Part shown: positions 18,167 through 28,237 of the stretch, one piece after another
Position numbering within the stretch: position 1 is the stretch's first letter
Layout of the letters: each line of letters begins with the position of its first letter
NCBI GenBank assembly: GCA_964291295.2
Contig: OZ219754.1
Coordinates: 2,464,001-2,528,000 of the forward strand
From: an uncultured Candidatus Binatia bacterium
Lineage (GTDB): Bacteria; Desulfobacterota; Binatia; UBA9968; JAJDTQ01
DNA length: 64,000 bases
Direction: 5' to 3'
The notes under the pieces: model-generated
Databases searched by the model: none
What the model saw: the letters and a program-made list of their open reading frames with translations, nothing else
Told to the model about the DNA's origin: nothing
Translations under genes and position numbers: made by a program

Positions 18167-18388
18167 CCGGGAATATCCGAACAAGGCGGCGGCGCGACAG
18201 GGAACTGCTCGCAAGCTGTTGGCTTCATTGATTCAGCCCAAGCCAGCTCGGGGTTGTTCGGACCTTCCCTTGAGGTCCGCCGCGGCGAGCCTTGAAGTCG
18301 CGGGTCGGGCTGTTAGATTTCTTGCAGGGCATGGTTTCGTCCTCGCCGACATTGGTCTGCCGCGAGGAGAAGGCCGGCAGGTGCCGCA

Positions 18389-18754
18389 GTGATGCTATCG
18401 ATCTGGGTGGGGATATTCGGCGTGCTGGCCGGTGCGCTGGTTGCGGCGCGGCTGGGGGATCGCTCCGGCGGGCCCGAGCGGTATTGGCTCACGGGGCTGG
18501 CGGCCGTGGCGCCGGCCTGGATCATCGCACTGACGGTGCTGCTGGGGGGGCTGTCGGGGGAGAACCCGGACAAGAGCATGAAGGCCCTGCTGGCGGCCTC
18601 CACCGCCAGCGGGCTCCTGGGTGTCATCGCCACGGAGTTTTGCGTGAGGTGGGTCAAGGCGCGGCCGGCGGCGGCGCCCGGCGCCCTGTACTGGTTCCTG
18701 GGCGTGGTTGCGTTGCTCCCCTCCTGGGGGTTCATGCTGTGGAGGTTGCCATGA
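18389..18754 (+). CDS. Hypothetical membrane protein (~4 TM)
   Basis: Hydrophobic ORF whose stop overlaps the next ATG (ATGA). Confidence 0.65.
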   Translation: MMLSIWVGIFGVLAGALVAARLGDRSGGPERYWLTGLAAVAPAWIIALTVLLGGLSGENPDKSMKALLAASTASGLLGVIATEFCVRWVKARPAAAPGALYWFLGVVALLPSWGFMLWRLP

Positions 18755-19737
18755 GGAAGCGGATCCGGGCCACTGGCGTGGCGCTGGGGGCGGTATCATG
18801 GCCGCTGCCTCTTTACGCGCACGGCGGCTCGGCGCACGAGCCGTTGCCGTTCGACGCGCTGATGCTGGTGTTCGGGATGGTTCCCTGGAATTTCCGGGTG
18901 GACATTCTCCTGGCGCTGGTGCTGGCCACGGGCATCTACCTCACCGGCTGGTGCCGACTCCGCCGGCAGGCCGACGGCGCCGCCGCCTGGTCCGGCGCGG
19001 CGCTCTACCTCGGCGGCATGGCCGCGCTCCTTGTCGCCCTGGTGTCGCCGGTGGACCGGCTCGCGGCCGAGCGCCTCAGCATGCACATGGTGCAGCACAT
19101 CCTGCTGTTGATGATCGCACCGTTGGGGATTCTGCTGGCCAACCCCTTCGCGGCCGCGCTCTGGGGGCTTCCGGCCGGGCTCCGGCACCGCTTCGCGGGA
19201 CTGTTCCGCGAGGGCGCCCGGTTGCGGTCGGTCCTGTCCATGCTCACCTTCATGCCGGTGGCCTGGGCCGTCTACGTGGTGAACCTCTGGGCCTGGCACC
19301 ACCCGACACTCTACCAGGCGGCGCTCCGTCACTGGTGGCTCCATGACCTCGAACACTGGCTGTTCTTCGGCACCGCGGTGCTCTTCTGGTGGCCCATCGT
19401 CAATGCGGCGCCGCTATTCCGCCCCACCCGGCCGCTGGGGGCGAGAATCGTGTATCTGGTGGCCGCGGCGCTCCAGAACACCTTGCTGGGCATGGCCATC
19501 TCCCTGCCCGAGCGAGTCCTGTATCCGTTCTACGCCGCCGTCCCGATGGTCGAGAAATTGAGCCCGATCCAGGATCAGGCCCTCGGCGGCGGTATCATGT
19601 GGGTCAGCGGGCACATGTACCTCTTCCCGCTCCTGGTGCTGGTGGCCCGCCGGCTGATTGCGGAGGACGCCGCGGCCGGGGCCGGCGGCCCTGAGCCGGG
19701 GCCGGGCCGTCCCGCACCCTGGCGGGCAGGCACATGA
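18751..19737 (+). CDS. ctaG: Cytochrome c oxidase assembly factor, Caa3-type CtaG
   Basis: SMHMVQHILLLMIAP, WAWHHP.LY, LHDLEH, LFWWP, DQALGGGIMW. Confidence 0.88.
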   Translation: MRKRIRATGVALGAVSWPLPLYAHGGSAHEPLPFDALMLVFGMVPWNFRVDILLALVLATGIYLTGWCRLRRQADGAAAWSGAALYLGGMAALLVALVSPVDRLAAERLSMHMVQHILLLMIAPLGILLANPFAAALWGLPAGLRHRFAGLFREGARLRSVLSMLTFMPVAWAVYVVNLWAWHHPTLYQAALRHWWLHDLEHWLFFGTAVLFWWPIVNAAPLFRPTRPLGARIVYLVAAALQNTLLGMAISLPERVLYPFYAAVPMVEKLSPIQDQALGGGIMWVSGHMYLFPLLVLVARRLIAEDAAAGAGGPEPGPGRPAPWRAGT

Positions 19738-20426
19738 AACACTGTCTGTTCGCCTCCCTGTTCATGGTCTTCTGCCTGCCCGCCGCGGCCTCGGGCGCGG
19801 CCGAAGACCACCGCCTCAGGGAACTCGGCTTCATCGTCCAGGAGGGCTTCCTGGAAGCCCCCGCGTTCACGACCCGGGATGCGGCCGGGAACCCCGTGGA
19901 CTCCACCTCCTTTCGCGGCAGGCTTGTGGTGCTGAACTTCTGGGCCACCTGGTGTCCGCCCTGCCGCCTGGAAATGCCGGCCATGGAACGTCTGTACCGT
20001 GAATTCCGCGGCAAGGGGCTGGAGGTGGTGGCGGTCAACTTCATGGAATCGGCGGAACGGGTACGCGCTTTCGCGGAAGAACAGAATCTGACCTACCCGA
20101 TGTTGCTGGATGGCCGGGCCGATATCGCGGAGCGTTACGGTGTGAGGCGCCTGCCCGTTACCATGCTGATCGGGCGCGAGGGCGAGCTCCTCGCCAGATC
20201 CGTCGGATACAAGGAGTGGTACAAGGACGACATGCGCGCACTCGTGGCCGCCCTGCTGGGAGAAGGGCAGGTGGCGCAGGCGGCCACGGGCCGCAACGGT
20301 GCACCGTCGTTGCCGGGGCCGGCGGTCCTCGCCGTTCTGGCGGCGGTGGCCGGGTTCGCGGTGTGGTGCATCAGACGGAGCCGCGCCCGCCGCACGGAGC
20401 CGCTCCGCGGAGACGGCGCGTGCTGA
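19734..20426 (+). CDS. TlpA/ResA-like thiol-disulfide oxidoreductase
   Basis: LNFWATWCPPCRLEMP; signal peptide and C-terminal TM. Confidence 0.9.
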   Translation: MKHCLFASLFMVFCLPAAASGAAEDHRLRELGFIVQEGFLEAPAFTTRDAAGNPVDSTSFRGRLVVLNFWATWCPPCRLEMPAMERLYREFRGKGLEVVAVNFMESAERVRAFAEEQNLTYPMLLDGRADIAERYGVRRLPVTMLIGREGELLARSVGYKEWYKDDMRALVAALLGEGQVAQAATGRNGAPSLPGPAVLAVLAAVAGFAVWCIRRSRARRTEPLRGDGAC

Positions 20427-21238
20427 CTTTCCCCGACATCGACCCCGTCGCCCTTCAGATAGGGCCGCTGGCCGTGCGCTGGTACGGCCTCATGTACCTG
20501 TTCGGGTTCGTCGGCGGTTTTTTCGTGGCCCGGTGGCTGGCCCGCAGGAGAGGCTTCAAGGTCAGCAACGAACAACTGGCGGAACTGGTCAGCCATGTGG
20601 CCATCGGCGTCGTGCTGGGCGGTCGGCTGGGCTACGTCGTCTTCTACAACCTTCCCTACTATCTGGCCCATCCACTGCAGGTCGTTGCCTTCTGGGAAGG
20701 CGGCATGTCTTTTCACGGCGGTGTACTGGGGGCCATCCTGGCCGGAGGGTGGTACGCGCGCAGGCAGCGGTGGCCGTTCTATTCCGCGGCGGACTGCCTT
20801 TTCGCGGCGGCGCCCCTTGGCCTGGGGCTGGGCCGATTGGGCAACTTCATCAACGGGGAACTTTACGGCCGTCCGACCGATGCGCCCTGGGGCATGGTCT
20901 TCCCGGGCGCCGGTCCGTTGCCGCGCCATCCTTCCCAACTCTACGAGGCGTTTCTCGAAGGGGCGGTGCTGCTGGCGGTGCTGGCCTGGCTCGGAACGCG
21001 TACCCGGACCGGGGGCGTGGTCACCTGGACGTTCATCGGCGGCTACGGGCTGGTGCGCTTCGTGGTCGAGTTCTTTCGTGAGCCCGACGCCCACCTGGGA
21101 CTTGCGTGGGGGTTGTCCCGGGGACAGTATCTCAGCTTGGTGATGATGGCGGCGGCGGTCGCCGCCGCCATCTGGACAAGCCGTCGTCGTTCACCCGTGC
21201 CGGTCCGGCGCACCTCCGTGTCCAGGTCGCCCGGATGA
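20420..21238 (+). CDS. lgt: Prolipoprotein diacylglyceryl transferase
   Basis: GTG start (VLTFPDIDP); RWYG, GGRLGY, GGMSFHGG, GRLGNFINGELYGR, RHPSQLYE, EFFREPD. Confidence 0.97.
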   Translation: MLTFPDIDPVALQIGPLAVRWYGLMYLFGFVGGFFVARWLARRRGFKVSNEQLAELVSHVAIGVVLGGRLGYVVFYNLPYYLAHPLQVVAFWEGGMSFHGGVLGAILAGGWYARRQRWPFYSAADCLFAAAPLGLGLGRLGNFINGELYGRPTDAPWGMVFPGAGPLPRHPSQLYEAFLEGAVLLAVLAWLGTRTRTGGVVTWTFIGGYGLVRFVVEFFREPDAHLGLAWGLSRGQYLSLVMMAAAVAAAIWTSRRRSPVPVRRTSVSRSPG

Positions 21239-21346
21239 GGGCCGGCGTCCCGGGGCGGGTGCGGTTCCAGGGTCTCGGATTCCGGGGCCTTGGTCCGGGG
21301 TCTCGGGTGCGTCTCCATGGCCGCCTGGTGTATTGCCGTGGCGCGC

Positions 21347-21592
21347 CTATTCGTCCATTTCGCCGAAGTAGTCCCTGAGGATCCGCTCTTTCACGTACTC
21401 CAGGGCACCGAGGTCGTGGAGTATGTCGCCGCCGGTGTCGTAAAAGAAGATGTCACCGTTCTTGTTCCGTCCCACCGCCATCAGCCATTCGAGTTCGTCC
21501 CGGTCTTCGAGCAGGTAGTTGATGGTCTGGCTTGCGCCGTTGCTGTCGATGATGGTGACCTTTGGAGTTACCCTTTTCTTCGGCTGGGTCAT
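21347..21592 (-). CDS. Hypothetical small acidic protein (81 aa)
   Basis: Globular-looking composition, SD GGGAGG, lies downstream of rlmD on the same strand. Confidence 0.65.
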   Translation of the reverse strand: MTQPKKRVTPKVTIIDSNGASQTINYLLEDRDELEWLMAVGRNKNGDIFFYDTGGDILHDLGALEYVKERILRDYFGEMDE

Positions 21593-21685
21593 TTGTTCCT
21601 CCCGGAGGGATTCTACACCAGTTGGAATCCGCATCTCAACCCTGAGGTGGTCCGCCGGTTGCACGCGGGCCACCGGGGCCGGACA

Positions 21686-23023
21686 CTAACTTGCGGGAAA
21701 ATACGACTGATCTGTCGCTTCAACCGATGGCGCGGGAGGGTTGGCAAGAACCAGTTCGGCCAGCGTTTCGACGTGAAAGGTCTGGGGGAAGAGGTCCAGC
21801 GGGCGGATGCGCCGCGGGGTGAAGCCTTGGGCCGCGAGCTGGCGGAGATCCCGCGCCAGGGTCGCCGGATCGCAGGAGACATAGAGGACGCGCCGGGCGC
21901 CGAGGGCGGGGATCGCCGGGATCACCTCCCGGGCGCCGTGGCGCGGCGGGTTCAACACCACCGTGGTGAAGCGCCGGCCCTGTCGGGCCATCTCCGCCAC
22001 CGCCCGGGCGGCATCCCGCCGGAACCACCGGATGTTGCGAAGGCGGTTGTCGCTGGCGTTGCGGTGGCCGTTTCGGACCAGCCTCCGGTCGGCTTCCACC
22101 GCAGTCACCCGTCGCACCCGGCGGGCCATGGGCAGCGTCAGGCTGCCGGCGCCCGCGTAGAGTTCCAGAACATGATCTTGCGCGCCCAGGAACCGCCACG
22201 AGAGCAGCGCGTCCACCAGCCTCCGGTTGCCGTCCGGGTTGACCTGCCCGAAGGTGTCGGCGTCGTGCCGCAGGCGCAGGTCGCCATCCACCACGAAGGA
22301 GAGCGTGGACGCGCCCCATTGGCGGCGCCAGCCGGGACCGGCCATCACGATGCCGGCCACCCGTCCGGTCACCGACTGCGCACAGGTGCGCGTGTCGGCG
22401 GCGGCGAACCGCGCTCGGCTCGACGCCGAAAGTATCACTTGGCCGGTGGCGTCGGCGCTCACGATCTCGACCCTGGACACCGGGGTCTCAAGGCGTTGCA
22501 TCCATTCGCCGGCCGCGCTGATGCCGCGGTCGGTGTCGGGGTCCGCGATCAGGCAGCTGGTGACTTCCACGGTCTCCCGGGAGAAGGCGCGGCGGAACCC
22601 GAGTCTCCCGCGGTCATCGGGGTGGAGACCGATACGCCGGCGGTAGTGAAACTCGGCGGGGGCGGGCAGTATGGGTTGAAGCTCGAAACCGTCGAGACCG
22701 CCCACCCGGGTCAGGGCGTCCACCACGTTGCGTTGCTTGGCCTGAAGCTGTGCGTCGTACGCCACCTGCTGCCACGAACAGCCGCCGCAGGTGCCGGCGT
22801 AACGGCACGGCGCCGCCCGGCGCACCGGCGACGGCCGCAGCAGCGACACCATCCGGGCCACCGCATGACGCTTGTGTTCCTCGACGACCTGGGCCGAGAC
22901 CCGGTCTCCGGGCGTCGTCATGGGAACCATGACGACCTTGCCCTGGTGCCGCCCGAGCCCCCACGGGCCATGGGTGAGGGTGTCGATGGTGATGTCGATG
23001 GTGAGTGTGACCGGATCCGTCAT
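21686..23023 (-). CDS. rlmD: 23S rRNA m5U methyltransferase (RlmD/RumA type)
   Basis: TRAM-like N-terminus, CxxxxxCGGC Fe-S motif, FGQVN, ELYAGAG, LNPPR, YVSCDPATLARD, FPQTFHVE. Confidence 0.92.
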   Translation of the reverse strand: MTDPVTLTIDITIDTLTHGPWGLGRHQGKVVMVPMTTPGDRVSAQVVEEHKRHAVARMVSLLRPSPVRRAAPCRYAGTCGGCSWQQVAYDAQLQAKQRNVVDALTRVGGLDGFELQPILPAPAEFHYRRRIGLHPDDRGRLGFRRAFSRETVEVTSCLIADPDTDRGISAAGEWMQRLETPVSRVEIVSADATGQVILSASSRARFAAADTRTCAQSVTGRVAGIVMAGPGWRRQWGASTLSFVVDGDLRLRHDADTFGQVNPDGNRRLVDALLSWRFLGAQDHVLELYAGAGSLTLPMARRVRRVTAVEADRRLVRNGHRNASDNRLRNIRWFRRDAARAVAEMARQGRRFTTVVLNPPRHGAREVIPAIPALGARRVLYVSCDPATLARDLRQLAAQGFTPRRIRPLDLFPQTFHVETLAELVLANPPAPSVEATDQSYFPAS

Positions 23024-23160
23024 GGTTGTCGCGCCGTTGTCGCCCGGGAGTGGCCGCTGCGGGAGTGCCCCTTCTTCTGGTACCGGCCACGCGCCCTTGC
23101 TATAGGTAAAGCGCCGTGGCCGGCGGTCACGGTGCGGGCTCCTGAAAGTCAGGGAAGGTC

Positions 23161-23559
23161 ATGGAATACGATCCGCGTTTTCTCACCGCCGTCGACGAGT
23201 TCAACCGAGGGCTCTTCTACGAGGCTCATGAGACCCTCGAGCAGCTTTGGCTCGAGGACCACGGCCCGGAGCGCGATTTCCATCAGGGCATTATCCAGGT
23301 GGCAGCCGGCTACTTCAAGTGGGAGCAGGAGGTGCCCCGGGGCGCCGTCAAGCTGCTGCGCTCGGCGATACGGAAGCTGGAACCCTACCGCCCGGTCTGT
23401 CTCGGCATCGCCTTGACGGAATTCCTGTCCGACATCCAACGCGACCTGTCCGACATCGAAGCGTGGTGCGACAAGGGCGGCACCGCCCCCGAACTGCGCA
23501 TGCCCCGGCTGCCGCGGCCGGGCGAACCGGCGCCAGGCGCCGGAAGCTCCCGCCCGTAG
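23161..23559 (+). CDS. DUF309 family protein
   Basis: FNRGLFYEAHETLEQLW..QGIIQ. Confidence 0.85.
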   Translation: MEYDPRFLTAVDEFNRGLFYEAHETLEQLWLEDHGPERDFHQGIIQVAAGYFKWEQEVPRGAVKLLRSAIRKLEPYRPVCLGIALTEFLSDIQRDLSDIEAWCDKGGTAPELRMPRLPRPGEPAPGAGSSRP

Positions 23560-23593
23560 TCCGCGGGCAGGTCCGCGGGAACGAGCGCCGCGC

Positions 23594-24457
23594 ATGTCCA
23601 TCCAGCCCCAGGTGATCGCGCTCTGCGCCTCGCTCTGCTACGCGTGCGTGCTGGTGACCTCGCGCCGGGGCATGCGTTACTCGACGCCCAAGACGGTGAC
23701 GCTGGTCTCCCTGGGCGTCCACACCGTCACTACCTGGACGGCGGTCTTCCTCACCGGAGGCATCCCGCGGGTCGACGCGGTGGCCGTCGGCTTCTTCATC
23801 GTCGCGGGTGTGCTCCAGCCGATCATCCGGCTGTTCACCTATACCGGCGTGCAACGGGTCGGGGCTTCCCGCAGCGGCCCGATACGTTCGACCCACCCCA
23901 TGTTCGGAGTATGCATCGCCGTCACCGTGCTGGGCGAGCCCGCCACCGCGGGGGTGCTGGCGGGGGTGGTCTCGGTGGTGTGCGGCATCGTCCTCATTAC
24001 CTGGAGGCCGGCCTCGGAGGTACGCGCGTTTCGCTGGTGGGAGTTCCTGTTCCCGCTCACCGCCGCGCTGCTGGCGGGTATCGTCCACCCCATGCGCCGC
24101 CATGCACTGTCCATTTCCCACGAGCCGCTGTTCTTCGCCGCGCTGGTGGGGATCGTCTCTCTGGCCTGCTTTCTCGCCTACACGCCGCTCAGCCGCGAAC
24201 CGCTGGTGTGGGACCGGCGCGCCATGCTGCCGTTCCTGGCGGCCGGTGCGGCCGAGACCTGCGGCATCCTGTTCGTCATCACCGCCCTGGGCATCGGCAG
24301 CGTGGTGACGGTGTCGCCGCTGGTAGGCATCAGCCCGCTGTGGGTGCTGTTGGGGACGGTGCTTTTCCTGAGGGATCTCGAACAGGTCCGGGTCCGCACC
24401 GTCATCGGCGCCGTCTGTGTCATCGCGGGGACCGCGGCCATCTCCCTGGGTGGGTGA
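23594..24457 (+). CDS. EamA/DMT family transporter
   Basis: Two-repeat 10-TM pattern, VGASRS, SPLWV..FLRDLE. Confidence 0.85.
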   Translation: MSIQPQVIALCASLCYACVLVTSRRGMRYSTPKTVTLVSLGVHTVTTWTAVFLTGGIPRVDAVAVGFFIVAGVLQPIIRLFTYTGVQRVGASRSGPIRSTHPMFGVCIAVTVLGEPATAGVLAGVVSVVCGIVLITWRPASEVRAFRWWEFLFPLTAALLAGIVHPMRRHALSISHEPLFFAALVGIVSLACFLAYTPLSREPLVWDRRAMLPFLAAGAAETCGILFVITALGIGSVVTVSPLVGISPLWVLLGTVLFLRDLEQVRVRTVIGAVCVIAGTAAISLGG

Positions 24458-24482
24458 GGCGGGACGCGCGGCACCGCCCGGG

Positions 24483-25769
24483 TTACGAAGCCCGGCCGGC
24501 TCTCGCCCGCGCAAGCCGGGTTCTGCCCAGCAGCAGATAGAGGCCGGCCGAGATCAGGTACAGCCCCGCGATACCCAGAAGCGCGGGCTTGTAGCTCCGG
24601 GTGGCGTCGAAGATGGCGCCGTTCAGGGCGGGACCGATCAGTCCACCCCATTGGTAGAAGAAGCCCATGTTGCCGCGCACCTTGGCGAAATGGCGGCGCC
24701 CGTAAAGCTCTCCGACCAGCGCCCAGGTCACCGGAAAGACGGCTTCCACCAGCGAGAACAGGGGAAGAAAGAGCCAGATCCACAGCGTGCTCCGGCCATA
24801 CGTGAGCATCAGGAGTCCCGCCGCCGCCACCAGCATGCAGGCGGCCATGACCCGGGTCTTGTCGAAGTGGTCCGCCAGCCAGCCCACCGTGAGGTGCGTC
24901 GGCAGGGAAAGAGCCGCGAATACGCCGAGAAACCAGCTTGCCGCCAGCTCTCCCACGCCTTTCCAGACCATGATCTGCACGAACGCCTGGATGACGGTGC
25001 TGAGACCGAGGACGCGAAAGAGGGTGGAGGCGACCAGGAGCCAGAATGTGCTGCCGCGCAGGGCCTCCCAGATGCCGATGTCGCCATCGGCCGCGGCCGG
25101 CGAATCGGGACTCCGAAGGGCTCGTGGGAGCCGGTTGCCGTCCGGCATCAGCCCCATGTCCTCCGGCGAGCGGCGCACCATGGCGGCCAGCGGCGTCCCC
25201 AGCACGAGGAAGACCGCGCCCGCGGCGACCGCGCCCCAGCGCCAGCCGAAGTGGTACACCACGTACGCGAGGATCGGCGCCAGCAGCGCGCCGCCGATGC
25301 CGATGGAGCAACTCACCAGCGCCATGGCCCGGGCACGGTAGCGGGAGAACCAGTTGTTGGCCAGCACCATGGGGCAGTGCATGAAGCCGGCCCCGAAGGC
25401 CAGGGAGACCACCCCCAGGTAGATGAACAGCAGAGTCCAGAAGGACGTGACCCAATAGAGGAGTATGTAGCCCAGGCCGGTGAGCAGGACCGCCACCGTC
25501 ATGATTGGCCGCGGTCCGTAACGGTCGATGAGGTAGCCGGCCAGAGGCCCTTCGAGGGCGCCTTCGGCCCGGGCCAGGCCGAACACCAGGCCGGTGGCCG
25601 CGCGACTGATGCCCAAGTCCCTGCCCAGCGGCATGACGAAGACGGCGAAACCGTAGAAATGGAACCCCCCGCCGAGAATCCGGAAGAGGCAGCCCACCAG
25701 CACCATCCGCCAGCCGTAGAACGAAAGATGGTTCCGGCAGGTCCGAAATGCGTTCCTGAAGGGAGGCAA
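24483..25769 (-). CDS. MFS transporter
   Basis: FYGWRMV, GYLIDRYGPR motif A, GWLADHF. TTG start just after mlaD is inferred. Confidence 0.87.
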   Translation of the reverse strand: MPPFRNAFRTCRNHLSFYGWRMVLVGCLFRILGGGFHFYGFAVFVMPLGRDLGISRAATGLVFGLARAEGALEGPLAGYLIDRYGPRPIMTVAVLLTGLGYILLYWVTSFWTLLFIYLGVVSLAFGAGFMHCPMVLANNWFSRYRARAMALVSCSIGIGGALLAPILAYVVYHFGWRWGAVAAGAVFLVLGTPLAAMVRRSPEDMGLMPDGNRLPRALRSPDSPAAADGDIGIWEALRGSTFWLLVASTLFRVLGLSTVIQAFVQIMVWKGVGELAASWFLGVFAALSLPTHLTVGWLADHFDKTRVMAACMLVAAAGLLMLTYGRSTLWIWLFLPLFSLVEAVFPVTWALVGELYGRRHFAKVRGNMGFFYQWGGLIGPALNGAIFDATRSYKPALLGIAGLYLISAGLYLLLGRTRLARARAGRAS

Positions 25770-25771
25770 CG

Positions 25772-26227
25772 CTAGGGCGCGCCTTCCGTCACGTTGCCGC
25801 CGATCATCCTGCCGATGAGGTCGGTGATGTCGGGAGGCGACTCGGTCTCGCGTATCCTGCCGCCCGGTGGAACGAGCCGGTCGGATGCGCCGGGGGAGAT
25901 GGCGATGAACTTGTCGCCGATGAGCCCCCTGGCCCGGACCGAGGCGATGGCGTCCTCCTGGACGGCCACGCCGGGGTTGATGCGCAGTGTCAGGCGTGCG
26001 CGGTCGTCGACGAGGCCCAGGGAGTCCACCCGCCCCACGTTCACGCCGGCGATCTCCACCGCGTCGCCGCGGCGGAGCCCGGCCACGTTGACGAAGTCGG
26101 CGTACACCACGTACCCGGAGTTGCCGAAGGCTTCGAGCTTGCCCAGCCGCACGGCGAGATAGCCGAGGCACAGGAGGCCAGCCACGACGAAAAGGCCGAC
26201 CAGGATTTCCGTTGCCCTGTGGTTCAT
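25772..26227 (-). CDS. mlaD: MlaD/MCE substrate-binding protein
   Basis: EILVGLFV, AGLRRGDAVEIAGVNVGRV, GLIGDKFIAISPG. Confidence 0.92.
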   Translation of the reverse strand: MNHRATEILVGLFVVAGLLCLGYLAVRLGKLEAFGNSGYVVYADFVNVAGLRRGDAVEIAGVNVGRVDSLGLVDDRARLTLRINPGVAVQEDAIASVRARGLIGDKFIAISPGASDRLVPPGGRIRETESPPDITDLIGRMIGGNVTEGAP

Positions 26228-27012
26228 TCCATGTCCCGGGGCGTATCCCTGGGCGCGTCCCGGAGGGCGACTCCCTGCGCGACCCACGAAGTCCCGCCAC
26301 CCAGGAACCGCCGTACCGCGGTATTGGCCGACCGGAGGAACTCCCCGGTGGGGCCGCTGTCGGCGATCACTCCGTCGGCCAACATAGCCACGTGGTGGGA
26401 TATTGTAAAGACTTCGGGAATGTCGTGGCTGACGATGACGCCGGTGAAGCCGAGCCGCTCCTGCATGTTGGCAATGAGTTCGTGGATGCTCCTTCCCAGC
26501 AGGGGATCGAGGCCGGTGGTGGGCTCGTCGAACAGCACGATCCGCGGGTCGGTGACCAGCGCGCGGGCGAATCCGGCCCGCTTCTTCATGCCGCCGCTCA
26601 CCTCCGCGGGGTACTTGTATCCCATGTCCCCGAGCCCCACCTGATCCAGCCGCTCGCGGACCTTGGCGGCGATGGCGTCCTCTCCGAGCCGTGTCCGTTC
26701 CCGCAGCGGGAAGGCGACGTTGTCGAAGAGGGTCATGGAGTCCAGCAGGGCCGCCCCCTGAAACAGAAAGCCGAACTGTTCCCGGATCTCGTTCAGGGGT
26801 TTCTGTCCCAGCCGGGTGATGTCGGTTCCGTCCACCAGGACCTGTCCCCGGTCGGGAAGCACCAGCGCGATCATGATCTTCAGCAGCACTGTCTTGCCGG
26901 AGCCGCTGCCGCCGATGATGGTGGTGATCCTGCCGTCTTCGACGGTCAGGCTGGTGCCCCTGAGAACCTCCTGGCGGTCGAAATTCCGGTAGACGTCGAC
27001 GACCTGAATCAT
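26224..27012 (-). CDS. mlaF: MlaF ABC ATP-binding protein
   Basis: GGSGSGKT, FQGAALLDS, SGGMKKR, FDEPTTGLDP. Confidence 0.92.
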   Translation of the reverse strand: MIQVVDVYRNFDRQEVLRGTSLTVEDGRITTIIGGSGSGKTVLLKIMIALVLPDRGQVLVDGTDITRLGQKPLNEIREQFGFLFQGAALLDSMTLFDNVAFPLRERTRLGEDAIAAKVRERLDQVGLGDMGYKYPAEVSGGMKKRAGFARALVTDPRIVLFDEPTTGLDPLLGRSIHELIANMQERLGFTGVIVSHDIPEVFTISHHVAMLADGVIADSGPTGEFLRSANTAVRRFLGGGTSWVAQGVALRDAPRDTPRDME

Positions 27013-27026
27013 GAAAGGCTCCGGGC

Positions 27027-27797
27027 CTACAGCAGCACCGAGGTCAGCACGTAGTCCGACACCAGGATCAGGACGAAGGCGAGCACCACCGCTTCAGTGG
27101 TGGCCCGGCCCACGCCGGTGGCCCTGGGAAGGGCGTGGAACCCCTTGTAGCAGCACACCCAGCTGATGATCAGCCCGAATGCCGCGGACTTGAGCAGCCC
27201 CTCGCCCACGTCCCGGAGCTGTACGCTCTGCTCCATGCCGGCGATGTAGCTGCCCGAGCCCAGGTCGAGCAGGCCCACGCCGACGAGGTACGCGCCGTAG
27301 ATGCCGATGACGTTGAACATGCTGGTCAGGAGCGGCATGGCGATGACGCCGGCAACGATACGGGGCGAGACCAGGTACTTGACGGGGTTGATGGCCATGG
27401 CATGCATGGCGTCGATCTGCTCGGTGACCTTCATGGAGGCAAGCTCCGCCGCCATCGCGGACCCGGTCCTGCCGGTGACCATGAAGGCGGACAGCACCGG
27501 CCCCAGCTCCCGCAGCAGGCTCAGGGCGACCACGGCTCCCAGGAAGCTCTCGGCGTTGAACTTGCGCAGGCTGTAGTAGCCCTGAAGCCCCAGCACCATG
27601 CCGGTGAACAGCCCGGAGAGAAGCACCACGAGCAACGAGTCCACCCCGATGGCGCGGATCTGCCGCACGATGAGCCGAACCTTGGCCGGGGGCCTCAGCG
27701 CCCAGGACAAGGCCGAAGCGAAAAAGGTCACGCCCGATCCCATGGCCGCGACGACGGCGAGCGTCCGTTCGCCGATTCTTGCAAGGAGTGCCATCAT
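27027..27797 (-). CDS. mlaE: MlaE ABC permease
   Basis: RELGPVL, GSAMAAELASMKVTEQIDA, GVGRATTEAVV. Confidence 0.93.
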   Translation of the reverse strand: MMALLARIGERTLAVVAAMGSGVTFFASALSWALRPPAKVRLIVRQIRAIGVDSLLVVLLSGLFTGMVLGLQGYYSLRKFNAESFLGAVVALSLLRELGPVLSAFMVTGRTGSAMAAELASMKVTEQIDAMHAMAINPVKYLVSPRIVAGVIAMPLLTSMFNVIGIYGAYLVGVGLLDLGSGSYIAGMEQSVQLRDVGEGLLKSAAFGLIISWVCCYKGFHALPRATGVGRATTEAVVLAFVLILVSDYVLTSVLL

Positions 27798-28237
27798 GGG
27801 CGGGCTCGACACGGTTCGGGGTCGGATGGGCCGGGGCGTAGCCTTGGCGCGCCGACGTGATCAGGGAGAGCGTCCATTGGTTCCGTCAGGTGTCCGGCGA
27901 CTCACGAGAGCGGGCCGCGGCGGTGCTGCGCGCCCCACCGGCTTGACAGGAGCGTCTTCTCCGTCTGTTCCGGCGCGCGTTTCCCGGGAGCGGTGGTGAT
28001 GCTGCGGAGCGCGTGCCGTCCGCGCAACGGTATCGACAAGCGGTGCCGGCAACAAGCGGTATCGACAAGTGTGTCCCTTGACATGTGCGAGCCTTCCGGG
28101 GAAGAGAATCGGCAACGAGCCTGCAGCCCTGATCTTAGACGAGATGGCTTCGCCGGCCAAGCCGCCGCCGGACCGGCAGGTGACCGGCGTTGTCCCGGCC
28201 GCCCTGCCGGAGCCGCCTTCATGGTCCGTACCCCGAC

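Noticed and set aside
21290-23416. 708-aa plus-strand ORF
   Set aside because: Antisense to rlmD; no motifs.
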